Virus record (IMG/VR): IMGVR_UViG_3300024496_000012 | Source: a virus | Length of the DNA: 64,000 nucleotides | Strand: one strand, 5' to 3' | Shown here: piece by piece, positions 22,901-31,215 of the stretch | How the letters are laid out: each line of letters begins with the position of its first letter | How positions within the stretch are numbered: position 1 is the stretch's first letter | Made by a program: the position numbers and the translations under genes | Notes under the pieces: model-generated | Databases searched by the model: none | What the model was told of the DNA's origin: nothing | What the model saw: only the letters and a program-made list of their open reading frames with translations

Positions 22901-23347
22901 GTTGGTTGGATCATTCCATTGGATGATCTGATTAGCAAGATTCTTACCATTGCCGTCAAGCAAGGATTCAGTAGTACTGACTGAAGTAAACTTTAAAAGT
23001 CCTTGTGCAGGAACGTTTCTTTTAGCATTATAAGAAAGCATACGAGCTAGTCTTAAAACACTGTCTCTTCGTTCTGCTAGATCAATAAAGTTTTCACGAC
23101 TGGCCAGATCAACCCTAAACGCTAGGCTCTGTCCCAAGAACGCAACAGCGTCAATGAGGGCCATGTATTCAGAACTTTCAATATAGTCATTGAAATCTTC
23201 TGGGTAGTTCTGCCTTAGATATGTGATGATAACCCTACGTAAGTTTTCAAAATCGTAGGATTTGAAATCAGCATTTTTAAATGTCTGATAAATCCTTTTC
23301 CAATCTTGATTTAAAATCAGGTTATTCTGTCTAGAAGTCGTGGTCAT
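19937..23347 (-). CDS. gp6: Baseplate wedge subunit, gp6-like
   Basis: N-terminal DFKSYDFENLRR...NYPEDFNDYIESSEYMALID...RENF and QNRMITGEDY motifs typical of gp6/baseplate J-like proteins; adjacent to the gp25-like gene. Confidence 0.85.
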   Translation of the reverse strand: MTTTSRQNNLILNQDWKRIYQTFKNADFKSYDFENLRRVIITYLRQNYPEDFNDYIESSEYMALIDAVAFLGQSLAFRVDLASRENFIDLAERRDSVLRLARMLSYNAKRNVPAQGLLKFTSVSTTESLLDGNGKNLANQIIQWNDPTNTNWLEQFIVVLNAAMADNTQFGRSQGTSTIQGIPTEQYRFKTTSADVPIYSYSKTVSGRGMSFEIVSTSFSNSTVFYEEAPVPANQLGFIYKNDGKGPASPNTGFFLMFKQGSLEFADFTVDIPTTNETISVGAQNINNDDVWLFSLSSAGVQQNQWTKVSDLLGNNIIYNSIDKNIRNIYSVVTKENDQVDLEFSDGVYGNLPQGSFRFYYRVSNGLSYTIYPNEMKGISIAIPYYNKQGVRHTITVNLGLQYTVTSSASSESTDSIRANAPALFYTQNRMITGEDYNLAPLATSQNILKIKSINRTSSGISRNFEVIDASGKYSSVNVFADDGYIYKETSEKNILFKYASTIDIINFIRNTIEPTFASTDVYNFYLTKFDRTPYTFTDSNYIWKQVTSTGNKTTGYFVSGIDGSLLKVGTYTTSVLKSAAPGALLRFVAPAGKSFRKGKLVTTNTSDPLQTSYIWSEVVSIVGDGTNAGRGVLTSGLGPVTFNTTIPSGAIADRFVPRFSTSLTDALELEMINQISQNFNFGLRYDIDTASWKVITAGNLNLSDVYNSGKAGDTTNAGLDASWYIAFVRQADQYFIRIRVMHYIFGSVQQNRFYFDGQQKVYNSETGTVIKDKVKILGINTGGDLLTSIKQDIDFEIDETIKFDDGYESTKEIKIAFADSDNNGVIDNPDAFEKIVGLDSLHNFLFFKKTTDASGATYYDIIDNSDELIMIWPKETTAVISNYNNGQLVYFYDSAEDVVKRVDKTTNTFVLESSYKAAVGRDRLKFQYLHNANSERRIDPSSSNIIDLFILTRAYDTSYRNYLAGYISTEPTPPNNDSLRDTFGVNLDLIKSISDEIIYHPVKYKVLFGAKANSKLQAVFKIVKNSNKTVNDNDIKVRVVSAINDFFSVNNWDFGDRFYLSELITYILTATAPDISNLVIVPKQADQSFGSLFEIQAAPDEIFVNGATVDDIEIVTAITAAEIGANPSTIVNTTA

Positions 23348-23364
23348 TGTGTTTTCCTATATGA

Positions 23365-23370
23365 TATTTA
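23365..23370 (-). promoter_or_regulatory. Late promoter core TAAATA upstream of the gp6-like gene
   Basis: Minus strand GGTAAATATCATATAGGAAAACACA-ATG: promoter, then AGGA SD, then start codon. Confidence 0.6.
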
Positions 23371-23388
23371 CCTTAGAAAATTAAGTGG

Positions 23389-23838
23389 TCACTTTATTAT
23401 CGCGTTCCTTCGGTCAAAGTCAAAGGTCATCCTTTCATTGATATTGAAAGGAATATAAACAAGATCTGCTTCTATCCTTATTCCTTGATCTGTGCTGTCT
23501 ACTGTTACTGCCGTGACAGAAATCCTAGGATCATAGTTGACGATATCCTCAACATCCTTGGCTATCAATCGTTTAACTTCTTGTGTAAAAGGTTCAAACA
23601 ACAGATCCCAAATGATAGTTCCGAAATCAGGATTTTCTAATTTTTCTCCCTTACGAATATGGAAATGGTTGATTATATCTTGCTTGACTAAATCTATATC
23701 GTAGAGCTTATAGTTTCTAGCAGATTCCTGAGAGTTAAACCCTCTATAGGTAAAAGATCTAGATCCTTCGGATCCTACAGATGCCTTATTTGCTGCTACA
23801 ACTTGATTGTTATAAAGTTTTTTAGTTGCTAATCCCAT
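23389..23838 (-). CDS. gp25: Baseplate wedge subunit, gp25-like
   Basis: LVKQDIINHFHIRKGEKLENPDFGTIIWDLLFEP...YDPRI is the GPW/gp25 family pattern. Confidence 0.88.
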   Translation of the reverse strand: MGLATKKLYNNQVVAANKASVGSEGSRSFTYRGFNSQESARNYKLYDIDLVKQDIINHFHIRKGEKLENPDFGTIIWDLLFEPFTQEVKRLIAKDVEDIVNYDPRISVTAVTVDSTDQGIRIEADLVYIPFNINERMTFDFDRRNAIIK

Positions 23839-25427
23839 TAATCTGTCTCCCTATCCAACTTATCGGAATCTAGTAAAGTCGGAGCAAAATGCTCATGCAA
23901 TGGCCAAGGTTCGTGTTGAGGAACTCGTTTTAGAATACTCTTGAACTCTCCTGCCTGATATTTTTTAGGATTCCACCCCACTTCAGTACTTACACTTATA
24001 TTTGATCTTAGTGCTAATGGTGTAACAAACGCTGCTGTTTCTGCAGGGGCAGCTACAACACTGCTATTCATATAGATCTTTTCTGCGCTTTCAATATGAT
24101 TACTGCCGCTGCCTATATTAGTAGATCCTCCAGCGGTAAATTTATTGTCTATATTTGTGTTAAGATTAAATGTTCCGTGAGTAGATATTTTATTATCTTT
24201 GCCTACAAGAAGATTGTAATCGTTACCAACTGTGATCTTAGCATCGTTTGCTACTAAAAAATTTAAATCAGTCGCAACTTCAACCTGCCAGCGGCCGCTT
24301 TCTGCTTTCATATTAATATTGCGACCAGCTTCCATGTTTATATCTCTAGCTGCTTTAAGATTAAAATCTGCCTCAGTGTGTATACTGACGCAGTCAGAAG
24401 CATAGATATCTATCTTTCCCATGGATGTCATTTCTATCCATGTAGTACCTTGACTGTTGGCAATGTAGATTAAATCTTCGCTGTTATGCATCAACAACTG
24501 ATGACCTGTTCTAGTTCTAATCCTAAAATATTCATTGTAAGGAATGTCAGGTTGATAATCTTTGGTTGTCTTGGCTGTGGTAATATCTACATATTCAACA
24601 GGACCTTCATCGGCTGGTTTTTTTCTATGGTAACGATCATCTCCGTCATCCATGGTAATAGTAGTTCCACCAAGACGACTTACCGGAACTGGATTGGTTG
24701 TTTCATCTTGTATTCTACCAATCTTAGCCTTCTTGGCATTTTCTCTCCTATCTAACGGTCCTGGTGTACTGATTCCAAATACCGAACTCGGAGCTTCTCT
24801 TCTAGATGTTGAAGTCGTAACTCCTCTAACATCGTCTTCTAAAAGTCCTTGTTGTAAGAAGGCGTCAGCAATAGGGTGTACTGGTTTTTTTATCTTATCC
24901 GTATCGATCTGTGTTTCATCGCCTTCATTAGGATTACCGTTGAGACGTTTGTTAACTTCACCAACTGGCAAAGGCATCTTGGTATTATATTTCTTTTTAT
25001 CTTCTTCTGTGAGTTCTACTTCAGTAGTACCACCTATAGACGGAACCATATTATTAGCAAAGCGTGGCGGTATGCATCCAAACCAATAACCTTGGCTAGG
25101 ATCTCCATCAACAAAACAAACCATAACTGTTACACCAACATCTGGTGGAACAAACCACATTCCGTAAGATTTCTGTGTATCATTGAAATCTGCTTTGTTA
25201 TTTCCCATGAACTCAAAGCCAGTATAACCAAAGAATGGACTACAATACCTTACAGTGTATGTTTGATTTTCGTCGGCTACTGTATTACCTTGCTGTCTTA
25301 AGAGCGTGACTTCTAGATCACCCATAAAACTAGGGTCAAGATGATCTACCACTCTAGCAAGATAAGGTCCTGCTCCGATGTCTTTTGACTGTTGTAAATC
25401 TTCTGTTGGTCTAGATAATGTTGCCAT
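23838..25427 (-). CDS. gp5: Baseplate central spike, gp5/VgrG-like (OB-fold plus beta-helix, no lysozyme domain seen)
   Basis: GPYLARV...YGMWFVPPDVGVTVMVCF.DGDPSQGYWFGC OB-fold; RIRTRTGHQLLMHNSEDLIYI; repetitive beta-helix tail; C-terminal RVPQHEPWPLHE. Confidence 0.8.
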   Translation of the reverse strand: MATLSRPTEDLQQSKDIGAGPYLARVVDHLDPSFMGDLEVTLLRQQGNTVADENQTYTVRYCSPFFGYTGFEFMGNNKADFNDTQKSYGMWFVPPDVGVTVMVCFVDGDPSQGYWFGCIPPRFANNMVPSIGGTTEVELTEEDKKKYNTKMPLPVGEVNKRLNGNPNEGDETQIDTDKIKKPVHPIADAFLQQGLLEDDVRGVTTSTSRREAPSSVFGISTPGPLDRRENAKKAKIGRIQDETTNPVPVSRLGGTTITMDDGDDRYHRKKPADEGPVEYVDITTAKTTKDYQPDIPYNEYFRIRTRTGHQLLMHNSEDLIYIANSQGTTWIEMTSMGKIDIYASDCVSIHTEADFNLKAARDINMEAGRNINMKAESGRWQVEVATDLNFLVANDAKITVGNDYNLLVGKDNKISTHGTFNLNTNIDNKFTAGGSTNIGSGSNHIESAEKIYMNSSVVAAPAETAAFVTPLALRSNISVSTEVGWNPKKYQAGEFKSILKRVPQHEPWPLHEHFAPTLLDSDKLDRETD

Positions 25428-25439
25428 GTTTTTCCTTTA

Positions 25440-27809
25440 TTATGCCACTTGTGTTTCGCCGTTTTCTGAAGGTTGATCCGCTACTTCACCTGCATCGCCA
25501 AGGTCTTTAGCTGGTTTGACTGGTTCTTTAGTTTCAATAGCAAACTTACTACCGCCTGGAGCAGGTGTGTTAGGTTTGCCGTAATCTGATGCTTGTCCAG
25601 GCATCCTTACGCACTTTAATTTTTGTTTGAAAACACCATCATTAAAAATATTTTCACACATTATTACTCGATAGATTCCACCAAACGGACTGCTCGCAGT
25701 TTTGCCATTAGGAAAGTTATATAATCCATTACCATCTATCAGTCCTTCGTTAATATCAATAGGAGATCTAAAACCTATATGTATGTAAACATCATTTCCT
25801 TCATAGTGAGCCGTACCGTCTTTAGTAATCTGACTCACTCCGCCACCGCCAACCGGCTGAGCAAAATAATTCCCCATTCCGCTGTCAATCATCCAATAAG
25901 GGTCGCCTAGAGTTTCTAGATCTATAGTGACCATGTCTGCGCTGCTGCCTTTAACGAATGCGCTATGGAAAGCTTCTGCAACTTCTTTTTCAGTCGAAGT
26001 TCCTGAAGAACCGCCTTTAAACTTACTGATCAAATCTGGATCTCTAAATGGTCTAGCTCTACCCGTATTAGCTGTCAACCCGGCTTTGTCTGCATCACCC
26101 GATCCAGTTTCTGTTTTCTTAGGAAGATTTTCAGCTGTTCCTTGCCCGTCTGGCGATGCCTGTTTGCCTGCTTTAGCTTCGGCACTAGGGTTCACACCTG
26201 CATAGAACAGATTGTTAATATTAATATCAAACTTGAGAATGTCTACGTTCTTGCCAGTGTAGATATAGTTGTAGGACTTGCATATTTTTGTAGCTAAGTC
26301 TCCGTATCCTTCGGGACTAGCTGTTGCTGCACTGAAAACGCTTTCGTGAACTAAAAAAGGAACTACTCTAAAAATTATCTTTCTAGCATAGTCACCTGTT
26401 AATGAATCAAACTTGTCTTGTTGAAACATTATTTGTATATCAAGTTTAAACCATTTGATAAAACCGTTAGTGACATTTTCTTTTTTAAGAGCATTCATGC
26501 CATAGTCAGAGCTAACAATGACTTGATTGATAATAGATGTCAGCGATTGTGATTGAGAAAACTGGAAGGTCCTGCTCTTAGGATCTATCGCCATTTTATC
26601 TCGTTTCACTATACCAGTTTTTTCATCTCTCACATCACCATTGCGCTTTGGTACAAATGTTCCCCCAGAACTCTGAGAAAACCCAAAACTTGATTTTCCT
26701 ATAGGATTGTTTCCATAGTTTCCTGCACCACCTAGGTTAGGAGCAAGGTTAGTTCCTAAGATAGTTTTTTTCTCAGCAGCATTAGGATTTACTGTGGCTT
26801 TCTTTTCTTCTAGGGGCGGATTCCCTGTAAACATCTCATAAGTGTTATCAGGAAACTGTATTTCATACACGTCCGGAAATAAAATCTTCTTTTCTTCTAC
26901 TAGACGTTTTTCATTTTCATTGATAGTTCTACATAGACTCTTTTCACCGGTCACTAAAAGATCACCAACTGTTCCTGGTTCAAAGCCGCCTTCGGCTGTA
27001 CCTTTACCTGTAGTTCCAGATATCGATATGTCTGTGTAGGTAATGTTTGTAGCATCAGCAAACCCTTGATGGTTCCATGGGATTCCTTCTACTTTATATG
27101 TGCTGCCGCCTTCATTGACGCTAAACTTACAACTAACTAGTTTTAGTGTAAAGAATTTAGGTTTTACAGCGGTATAGATATTTCCAACATCATCATAACC
27201 TTGGATGTCTAATCTTAAAACAAATGGAGCATTTTGTAGATAGTTTACATAGCCTGCGTTGACTGCTGCTACCTGCATACTTTGTAACAGTAATCCCATA
27301 CTGTAAGGTTCATAAATGTCAAAACTAAACTTAATAGCATTGCTGTTCCCTGTCTGCGTATTTGCAGAAATAACAGCATTCATAGAAAAGTTGTTGACAA
27401 AAAATTCAGGCGATCCGTATGCGGTTTTTACTCTGTTTGAATCAAATCTTCCTGCAGACGAAAATACAACATATTTTAAATCGTTGGGACTATTTCTGTA
27501 AGATGCAGGATTATTAAACTGTGCAGGGGTTAGACAAGCCAGTGTCCAAAGAGGAGCATATGATGCATATTTTTCCAAAGGGTTAGGTATAACATTTGTT
27601 AACTGAGCTTCTATATTTGCACTAGTCTTTGTGGTATCTTGTAGTAAACTGCTGGCTCCTCCTACTATAGAATCTATAGCTCTAGCAGGATTTAAAAATG
27701 TCGAACGTAGAGCCGAGCCTGCGTTGAGTGCATTTCCAACAACATTCTGTACTATGTTAGTACCGTCGGGCTTACGAATAGCATCTGTAATAGAATCAAA
27801 CCAGGCCAT
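25440..27809 (-). CDS. Probable baseplate hub protein (gp27-like position)
   Basis: 789 aa between the gp53-like and gp5-like genes; contains the LETLGDPYW...GGIYRVIMCENIFNDGVFKQKLKCVR hub-like C-terminus. Confidence 0.55.
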   Translation of the reverse strand: MAWFDSITDAIRKPDGTNIVQNVVGNALNAGSALRSTFLNPARAIDSIVGGASSLLQDTTKTSANIEAQLTNVIPNPLEKYASYAPLWTLACLTPAQFNNPASYRNSPNDLKYVVFSSAGRFDSNRVKTAYGSPEFFVNNFSMNAVISANTQTGNSNAIKFSFDIYEPYSMGLLLQSMQVAAVNAGYVNYLQNAPFVLRLDIQGYDDVGNIYTAVKPKFFTLKLVSCKFSVNEGGSTYKVEGIPWNHQGFADATNITYTDISISGTTGKGTAEGGFEPGTVGDLLVTGEKSLCRTINENEKRLVEEKKILFPDVYEIQFPDNTYEMFTGNPPLEEKKATVNPNAAEKKTILGTNLAPNLGGAGNYGNNPIGKSSFGFSQSSGGTFVPKRNGDVRDEKTGIVKRDKMAIDPKSRTFQFSQSQSLTSIINQVIVSSDYGMNALKKENVTNGFIKWFKLDIQIMFQQDKFDSLTGDYARKIIFRVVPFLVHESVFSAATASPEGYGDLATKICKSYNYIYTGKNVDILKFDININNLFYAGVNPSAEAKAGKQASPDGQGTAENLPKKTETGSGDADKAGLTANTGRARPFRDPDLISKFKGGSSGTSTEKEVAEAFHSAFVKGSSADMVTIDLETLGDPYWMIDSGMGNYFAQPVGGGGVSQITKDGTAHYEGNDVYIHIGFRSPIDINEGLIDGNGLYNFPNGKTASSPFGGIYRVIMCENIFNDGVFKQKLKCVRMPGQASDYGKPNTPAPGGSKFAIETKEPVKPAKDLGDAGEVADQPSENGETQVA

Positions 27810-27810
27810 A

Positions 27811-28113
27811 TTAAACTCCTAGAAACTTTTGTAGATTACTTTTCTTAGGAATATAAATGGTCACTCCTGGTTCAAAGTCATAGATAGGATCTCTAATAAC
27901 ATTCATATTCCTTTGAACAAACACCCACCATAGTTTAGATGTTCCATAAAGATCATAGGCAAGAAGATCTGGCCTATGCTTATATTGATTTTCTATAGTA
28001 TATTTGAAATCATCTGGTTCTGCAGGAACTGGACGAATAGTTAACAACTCCATGTACAGGTTGTTAATATTTGTACTAGCCCACGGAGATGTTTCAGGAT
28101 ATAGTTCTGACAT
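27811..28113 (-). CDS. gp53: Baseplate wedge protein, gp53/LysM-like
   Basis: RPDLLAYDLYGTSKLWWVF...DPIYDFEPGVTIYIP motif. Confidence 0.8.
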   Translation of the reverse strand: MSELYPETSPWASTNINNLYMELLTIRPVPAEPDDFKYTIENQYKHRPDLLAYDLYGTSKLWWVFVQRNMNVIRDPIYDFEPGVTIYIPKKSNLQKFLGV

Positions 28114-28114
28114 A

Positions 28115-29245
28115 TTAAATGAATCCTACCGTAGAGTTACCAGCACGACGACCTCTTGAATAATCTTCAAGACTGAACTGACGCAATCTCGATCTGTTGT
28201 AGATTGGTGATACTGTTACACTTATAGTGCTTAATACAGGAACCCACGTTCTTGTTCCAAAGCTATCACAAAGTATGTAGTTAACGTCATCTTTTAAATC
28301 AACAGTAAATGATTTTATAATAACCGGAACGTTGTCAAACACACTAGCACCGTAGCCTGTTAGATTACAAATGATCGGTGGGTTCCCTGCGTTTTCGCCA
28401 GTACCAAAAAACATCTTTGTAGCTGTCTTAAAAAATGTAGTTGCCGCTATCCAATATGCGCCATCTGTTGCTGTTTCGCAGGTAAAGTCGCCTGAAATCT
28501 GTATATCTTCTATTGTACTATTCTTATAAGAATAAAACTTATAGTTGCTGTGTACGGGATCGATTTCTGTGTAGTTTGATTTAGTAGTAATGTTTATAGA
28601 TGGGTTGTAAGGCCAGACAACACCACCTGTATTTTCTAAAAGACCAAACATTGGCGATTTAAACATACTCCATTGTGCGTTTATCCTAACACGCCAATCA
28701 TCAGGTGCTCCTGGATTCAACTTAATAGCTGTTCCTTGTTTTGCAAAAAGCTCTCCACCAGCAGGAAGATTGATGCCTCTTCCTAGACTAAGTAAGTTAT
28801 TAAGCATACCTGCTGCAGAACTAATAGTACCCGCCAATCCCATTAAACCACCTGCTAGATTTCCACCTGTGAGCTTTCCTATCGCTCCTGAAATGTCAGC
28901 AGTAATATTACTTGTGTTTGCTGCAACAGACTGTAAAGAGTTAACGGCGCCACCTACTTGAGACTGTATCTGTCCACCGATGCCTCCGAGAGCACCAAGA
29001 CTCCCAGGTATTTGATTACCGAAGTTTCCGAGACCTTGTTTAATATTGCCTGTGAAACTGTTTAGACCGCTGCCAATACCACCACTCTGTTGGTTGACCA
29101 CTGAGTCTAAGTTGGCCTTTGCCAAGGTATTACTGGCATTGCCCATGGCACTGCTTGCTGCGTTAGAGGCCTCTGAGATCTTAGCACCAAGTTGTTGTAC
29201 CAATAAGGCCTGCGGGTTTATAGATAATCCTGCCATTTTGAACAA
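28115..29245 (-). CDS. Tail-tube initiator / baseplate junction protein (gp48/gp54-like)
   Basis: Gly/Ala/Ser-rich N-terminal half, then a tube-fold-like domain GVVWPYNPSI...FKTATKMFFG...PPIICNLTGYG..VFDNVPVIIKSF. The start may instead be ATG 29236. Confidence 0.65.
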   Translation of the reverse strand: MFKMAGLSINPQALLVQQLGAKISEASNAASSAMGNASNTLAKANLDSVVNQQSGGIGSGLNSFTGNIKQGLGNFGNQIPGSLGALGGIGGQIQSQVGGAVNSLQSVAANTSNITADISGAIGKLTGGNLAGGLMGLAGTISSAAGMLNNLLSLGRGINLPAGGELFAKQGTAIKLNPGAPDDWRVRINAQWSMFKSPMFGLLENTGGVVWPYNPSINITTKSNYTEIDPVHSNYKFYSYKNSTIEDIQISGDFTCETATDGAYWIAATTFFKTATKMFFGTGENAGNPPIICNLTGYGASVFDNVPVIIKSFTVDLKDDVNYILCDSFGTRTWVPVLSTISVTVSPIYNRSRLRQFSLEDYSRGRRAGNSTVGFI

Positions 29246-29262
29246 ATTTCCTCTTTATACTC

Positions 29263-29268
29263 TATTTA
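29263..29268 (-). promoter_or_regulatory. Late promoter core TAAATA driving the baseplate operon
   Basis: Minus strand AATAAATAGAG, about 20-30 nt upstream of the first gene of the operon, followed by a GAGG SD. Confidence 0.65.
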
Positions 29269-29282
29269 TTCTTAATAAAATA

Positions 29283-29291
29283 TGCTATTAT
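29283..29291 (+). promoter_or_regulatory. Extended -10 (TGcTATTAT) sigma70-type promoter for gp55
   Basis: TG-n-TATTAT about 27 nt upstream of ATG 29318, with AGGAG SD in between. Confidence 0.45.
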
Positions 29292-29317
29292 TATAAGTAC
29301 TAGGAGAATGACATCTA

Positions 29318-30163
29318 ATGACTATTCCAAAAATAAAATATCTAACAAATAAAGATCTCCTCAGAGAGATACACCTTAGTAAAAATACATATTGCAGTTT
29401 CGATAAGCCTGAACATCACGAATATGATTTGATACTGCCCAGTCTAGACAAAATCAATATTAGAACTATAGCAGAAGCCAAGAGAAATAAGGCTTCTAAG
29501 CTCAGTAAGCGAGCCTATGAAGCTGCCCAAGCAGCAGGTGGCAAAAAACTAAGCCCAAAAGATTTTGAAGTAGATTACAAAAAAGTAGCTAAGGTCGATG
29601 TAGTGTTTAGGATCATGACTTTCGAGCATATCCCGTTAGCACCAGGAAGAAAAAAGACTCTTAAAAATACTGCCGACAGCCACGAAAAAATCAACTTTCC
29701 TCCATTCCAACATTGGAAGTTTGACGACAACGATAACCTTATCTGCGTAGGTAAAAGCCACTGGAAAGGTGGGCTTGTCAAAGGTGTTTACAGCAAGGAC
29801 CACGGAAAGATGACTGACAATCTTGCCCGCATGTTCTTGAAGCTCTGTGATCGTTATGCTACTCGCGGCAACGTCCGTGGCTATACCTACAATGATGAAA
29901 TGAAGGGCCAGGCCATTTTGCAGCTCACACAGATAGGACTACAGTTTGACGAATCTAAATCAGATAATCCGTTTGCTTACTATACTGCTGCTGTCACTAA
30001 TAGTTTCGTTCGTATCATTAATATTGAGAAGCGGAATCAAAATATCCGAGATGATATCTTAGAAATGAACGGAATGACTCCTAGTTGGACTCGACAAAAT
30101 AGTGGCAGTTCTACAGCACCAGCAGCACCAGCAGCCCCTGTAAGCAGTGATGATTGGGATTGA
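29318..30163 (+). CDS. gp55: Late-transcription sigma factor, gp55-like
   Basis: YLTNKDLLREI N-terminus; RGYTYNDEMKGQAILQL...FDESKSDNPFAYYT...NSFVRIINIEKRNQ is the gp55 signature; gp55-47-46 gene order as in T4. Confidence 0.9.
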   Translation: MTIPKIKYLTNKDLLREIHLSKNTYCSFDKPEHHEYDLILPSLDKINIRTIAEAKRNKASKLSKRAYEAAQAAGGKKLSPKDFEVDYKKVAKVDVVFRIMTFEHIPLAPGRKKTLKNTADSHEKINFPPFQHWKFDDNDNLICVGKSHWKGGLVKGVYSKDHGKMTDNLARMFLKLCDRYATRGNVRGYTYNDEMKGQAILQLTQIGLQFDESKSDNPFAYYTAAVTNSFVRIINIEKRNQNIRDDILEMNGMTPSWTRQNSGSSTAPAAPAAPVSSDDWD

Positions 30164-30188
30164 CTTGATTCAAAAAGAATTGTACACT
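30160..30188 (+). promoter_or_regulatory. Sigma70-type promoter for gp47/gp46 (TTGACT-N17-TACACT)
   Basis: -35 at 30160-30165, 17-nt spacer, -10 at 30183-30188; GGAG SD before ATG 30211. Confidence 0.7.
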
Positions 30189-30210
30189 ATTAGTGGAGTA
30201 GACAAAATCA

Positions 30211-31215
30211 ATGTTTAAAAAAGTTGCCTGTTTTACAGACATCCATTTTGGATTAAAATCTGGTAGTAGGATCCACAATCAAGACTGCGAAGATTTCGTA
30301 GATTGGTTCTGCGAAACTGCCAAACAAGAAGGTGCAGAAACCTGTATCTTCCTTGGTGACTGGCATCATAATCGATCAACGACTGATGTTAGTACCATGA
30401 ACTATACTGTTAGCAATCTAGAAAAACTAAACAACAGTTTTGATCATGTATATCTGATCATGGGCAACCATGATGAATACTACAAGGACAAACGTGAAAT
30501 ACACAGCCTAGAGTTTGCTAGACTGTTTCCTAATATCACGGTAGTGAACCAAACCATAACTGATGGCGATGTAACTATCATGCCATGGCTTGTTGGTGAC
30601 GAGTGGCAGAAGATTCCTAAGATCAAGAGCCGTTATATGTTTTCGCATCTTGAGCTTCCGCATTTTTATATGAACGCCATGGTGCAGATGCCAGACCACG
30701 GTCAGTTGCAGTCTACACACTTTGCTAATCAAGAATATGTGTTTACAGGGCATTTCCATAAACGACAGACCAAAGGCAATATCGTTTACATCGGCAATGC
30801 GTTTCCGCACAACTATGCAGATTCGTTTGATGACGATCGAGGTATGATGCTGCTTGAATGGGGTAAGGAGCCTGTTTATAAGACATGGCCTGGTCAACCC
30901 ATTTATAGGACCTATAAGCTAAGTCAAATCATTGATACTCCCGACAAGCTATTGCGTGAAAAGATGCATTGTCGTGTTACTATTGACTTGCCTATCACTT
31001 TTGAAGAAGCTAACTTTATCAAAGAACAGTTCATGCCACAATATAATCTGCGTGAACTGATGCTTATTCCTGAAAAAGTAGAAGTTGAAAGTAATGCTGT
31101 AGCGATAGATCTTAAGTTTGAAAGCGTCGATACTATCGTCATGAACCAAATCAATGCTATCGAAAGCGATACCTATGACAAAAAACTGTTACTGGAGATC
31201 TATAGAGACCTATGA
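30211..31215 (+). CDS. gp47: Recombination endonuclease subunit (Mre11/SbcD-like)
   Basis: Metallophosphoesterase motifs FTDIHFG, FLGDWHH, MGNHD, FSHLE, FTGHFH. Confidence 0.95.
   Translation: MFKKVACFTDIHFGLKSGSRIHNQDCEDFVDWFCETAKQEGAETCIFLGDWHHNRSTTDVSTMNYTVSNLEKLNNSFDHVYLIMGNHDEYYKDKREIHSLEFARLFPNITVVNQTITDGDVTIMPWLVGDEWQKIPKIKSRYMFSHLELPHFYMNAMVQMPDHGQLQSTHFANQEYVFTGHFHKRQTKGNIVYIGNAFPHNYADSFDDDRGMMLLEWGKEPVYKTWPGQPIYRTYKLSQIIDTPDKLLREKMHCRVTIDLPITFEEANFIKEQFMPQYNLRELMLIPEKVEVESNAVAIDLKFESVDTIVMNQINAIESDTYDKKLLLEIYRDL

Noticed and set aside
29308-29352. Out-of-frame 14-codon uORF starting just after the gp55 SD
   Set aside because: Its ATG is only 1 nt from AGGAG, too close for efficient initiation; probably incidental.
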